Below are positions 60,622 to 62,182 of a stretch of DNA of 62,182 bases, in pieces. Each line of letters starts with the position of its first letter. The stretch's first letter is position 1. The position numbers and the translations under genes are program-made. The stretch is from assembly GCA_045539625.1 (NCBI GenBank), contig JAZQFS010000125.1, positions 1 through 62,182 on the forward strand, in the 5' to 3' direction. The notes below the pieces were generated by a model. It searched no databases and was not told where the DNA came from. It saw only the letters and a program-made list of their open reading frames with translations. The DNA is from Eubacteriales bacterium (GTDB taxonomy: Bacteria; Bacillota; Clostridia; Oscillospirales; CAG-382).

Positions 60622-61395
60622 TTATTTACGATTCTTTACATACTGTCCCGGTGATAACCCAATAGTGGCTTTAAAGGATTTTGAAAAATGATAGGCATCA
60701 CAGTAACCTAAATGTGCTGCAATTTCCTTTAAAGTAAAGTGACCGCTTTCCAGCATTTCACGTGCAGAGCTTATCCTTAGTCTGTCACGGTATTCAGAAA
60801 TAGTTACTCCGGTGTATTTTTTGAATTTTGAACGCATGTATGACGGAGATATAGAAAGAATTCTGCAAAGCTCGTCAAAAGAGTAGTTATTACCGAAGTT
60901 TTTATGAATGTACTGAATTGCTTTGTTAATATCACTGTCATTGTTTTCATCCACGTTGCGTAATTGACGGAAAATTTCTACATATAGACTTGTCAGCTTT
61001 GCACGGCAGATAATAATTGAGTCCCAGGTATGCCTCTGCCATATTTCGCATATTTCTTCAATTGCACGGTACAGCTTTTCATTGTCTGTGACTTTTGACG
61101 GTAATTCGGGAATTTCTTTTCCGTCGGTGCTGTAAATATCGTAGGCACTTGTTATATAGCAGCAAGAGCCGATTGAATGTATCTCGTATCTGTCACCTTT
61201 TTTTAATGGAAGAAGCGTTCCTTTGGAAAAAGAATATACGTCACCTTTTCTGTCACGGAAAGTACCGTTTCCATCGGTAAACAGTACAAAACCGTCCCAT
61301 TGACGTCTGGGGTTCACAAAGTGAAAATCTCCAATTTCACGTTTTTGTATGATTGTATAAATATCAGAAATGTAAAAATCAAGTATGCCTTCCAT
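60622..61395 (-). CDS. AraC-family regulator
   Basis: LGYCDAYHFSKSFKATIGLSPGQY; ATG 61395 after GAGGTG. Confidence 0.92.
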   Translation of the reverse strand: MEGILDFYISDIYTIIQKREIGDFHFVNPRRQWDGFVLFTDGNGTFRDRKGDVYSFSKGTLLPLKKGDRYEIHSIGSCCYITSAYDIYSTDGKEIPELPSKVTDNEKLYRAIEEICEIWQRHTWDSIIICRAKLTSLYVEIFRQLRNVDENNDSDINKAIQYIHKNFGNNYSFDELCRILSISPSYMRSKFKKYTGVTISEYRDRLRISSAREMLESGHFTLKEIAAHLGYCDAYHFSKSFKATIGLSPGQYVKNRK

Positions 61396-61497
61396 ATATA
61401 ACACCTCGCCTACAGTATAATTATACATCAAAAATGAGTAATAATCAATAGAATAAAACGTAAAATCGGGCAAAATTAGAATTAATGACAGTCGAAT

Positions 61498-61553
61498 TTT
61501 ACATTGATTGAATTTAAATTTACATTGTATACAGTATGTGTGTATGCTATAAT
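61498..61553 (+). promoter_or_regulatory. Promoter with TTTACATTG direct repeat (candidate AraC site)
   Basis: TTTACATTG at 61498 and 61519; TTGTAT-17-TATAAT. Confidence 0.65.
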
Positions 61554-61571
61554 CACATCTGAGGTGATAAA

Positions 61572-62182
61572 ATGCTTACATTTACCGATGTAATTCTGAA
61601 AAGTGCAACTCTCGGCGAGGAGAGTCTTATACCGGATATTCATGACGCATCTGCAAATCCTTTTTTCAACTGCGATGAAAGCATGAAGGATTACCCCCTT
61701 GAAAATCTTGGCAAGGGTTTGGTTAAAACCACGCTTCCGTATAAAATGCAGAATATGTATACAAGAACTCTTGAAGAAAAAAAGTATAAGGCAGCAATTC
61801 TTGAAAACGACTGTCTGAAAGCGGTTTTTCTTCCCGAGCTTGGAGGGCGTCTTTGGAAGCTCTACGATAAAAAGGAAGAGCGTGATATTGTTTATGAAAA
61901 TGATGCCGTAATTTTTGCAAATCTGGGATATTCAAACGTATGGTTTGCAGGCGGTGTTGAATTCAATGTGGGTATGCGTGGACACAGTGCCTTTGGTTGC
62001 AGAAGTCTGTTTACACGTAAGCTTGAAGGAACATGCGGCAACGACATTCTTCAGATGTATGAGTACGAAGAAAAAAGAGGAGTTGTGTATTGCATAAATG
62101 CTACACTTGACGGTGATATGCTTCTTATCCATCCCGAAATTCATAATGTTTCAGGCAATGATACATATATGTACTGGTGGAG
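61572..62182 (+). CDS. DUF5107-like protein, 3'-truncated by window (not in ORF track)
   Basis: SD GAGGTG, ATG 61572, open to window end: LENDCLKAVFLPELGGRLWKLYDK...WFAGGVEFN...YMYWW. Confidence 0.8.
   Translation, partial: MLTFTDVILKSATLGEESLIPDIHDASANPFFNCDESMKDYPLENLGKGLVKTTLPYKMQNMYTRTLEEKKYKAAILENDCLKAVFLPELGGRLWKLYDKKEERDIVYENDAVIFANLGYSNVWFAGGVEFNVGMRGHSAFGCRSLFTRKLEGTCGNDILQMYEYEEKRGVVYCINATLDGDMLLIHPEIHNVSGNDTYMYWW

Overview
Low-GC Gram-positive (Clostridia-like, inferred from SLH proteins, rnfCDGEAB order, CIRCE-groESL and sigmaA promoters) chromosomal segment, mostly housekeeping: rluB, pnp, rpsO, potABCD, carAB, ppa, rubrerythrin, a MacAB/YknXYZ-like exporter, Mrp, rnf, murF/ddl, groESL, putP and an AraC-flanked glycoside hydrolase locus. 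No CRISPR array, tRNA, rRNA or transposase was seen. The most unusual items are: (1) a carbamoyl-phosphate synthetase locus whose small subunit has lost its Cys-His-Glu glutaminase triad, whose large subunit is fused to a DapF-like domain lacking one catalytic Cys, and whose leader has a uORF plus terminator with no PyrR or T-box signature; (2) a riboswitch-like leader upstream of potABCD with four helices, a kissing-loop pair and an anti-SD alternative; (3) a non-cellulosomal dockerin-tagged adhesin next to a cohesin-SLH anchor, both carrying lesions; (4) tandem GH-A hydrolase paralogs with perfect-identity patches and different promoters. All calls come from motif recognition by eye; no database searches were run.
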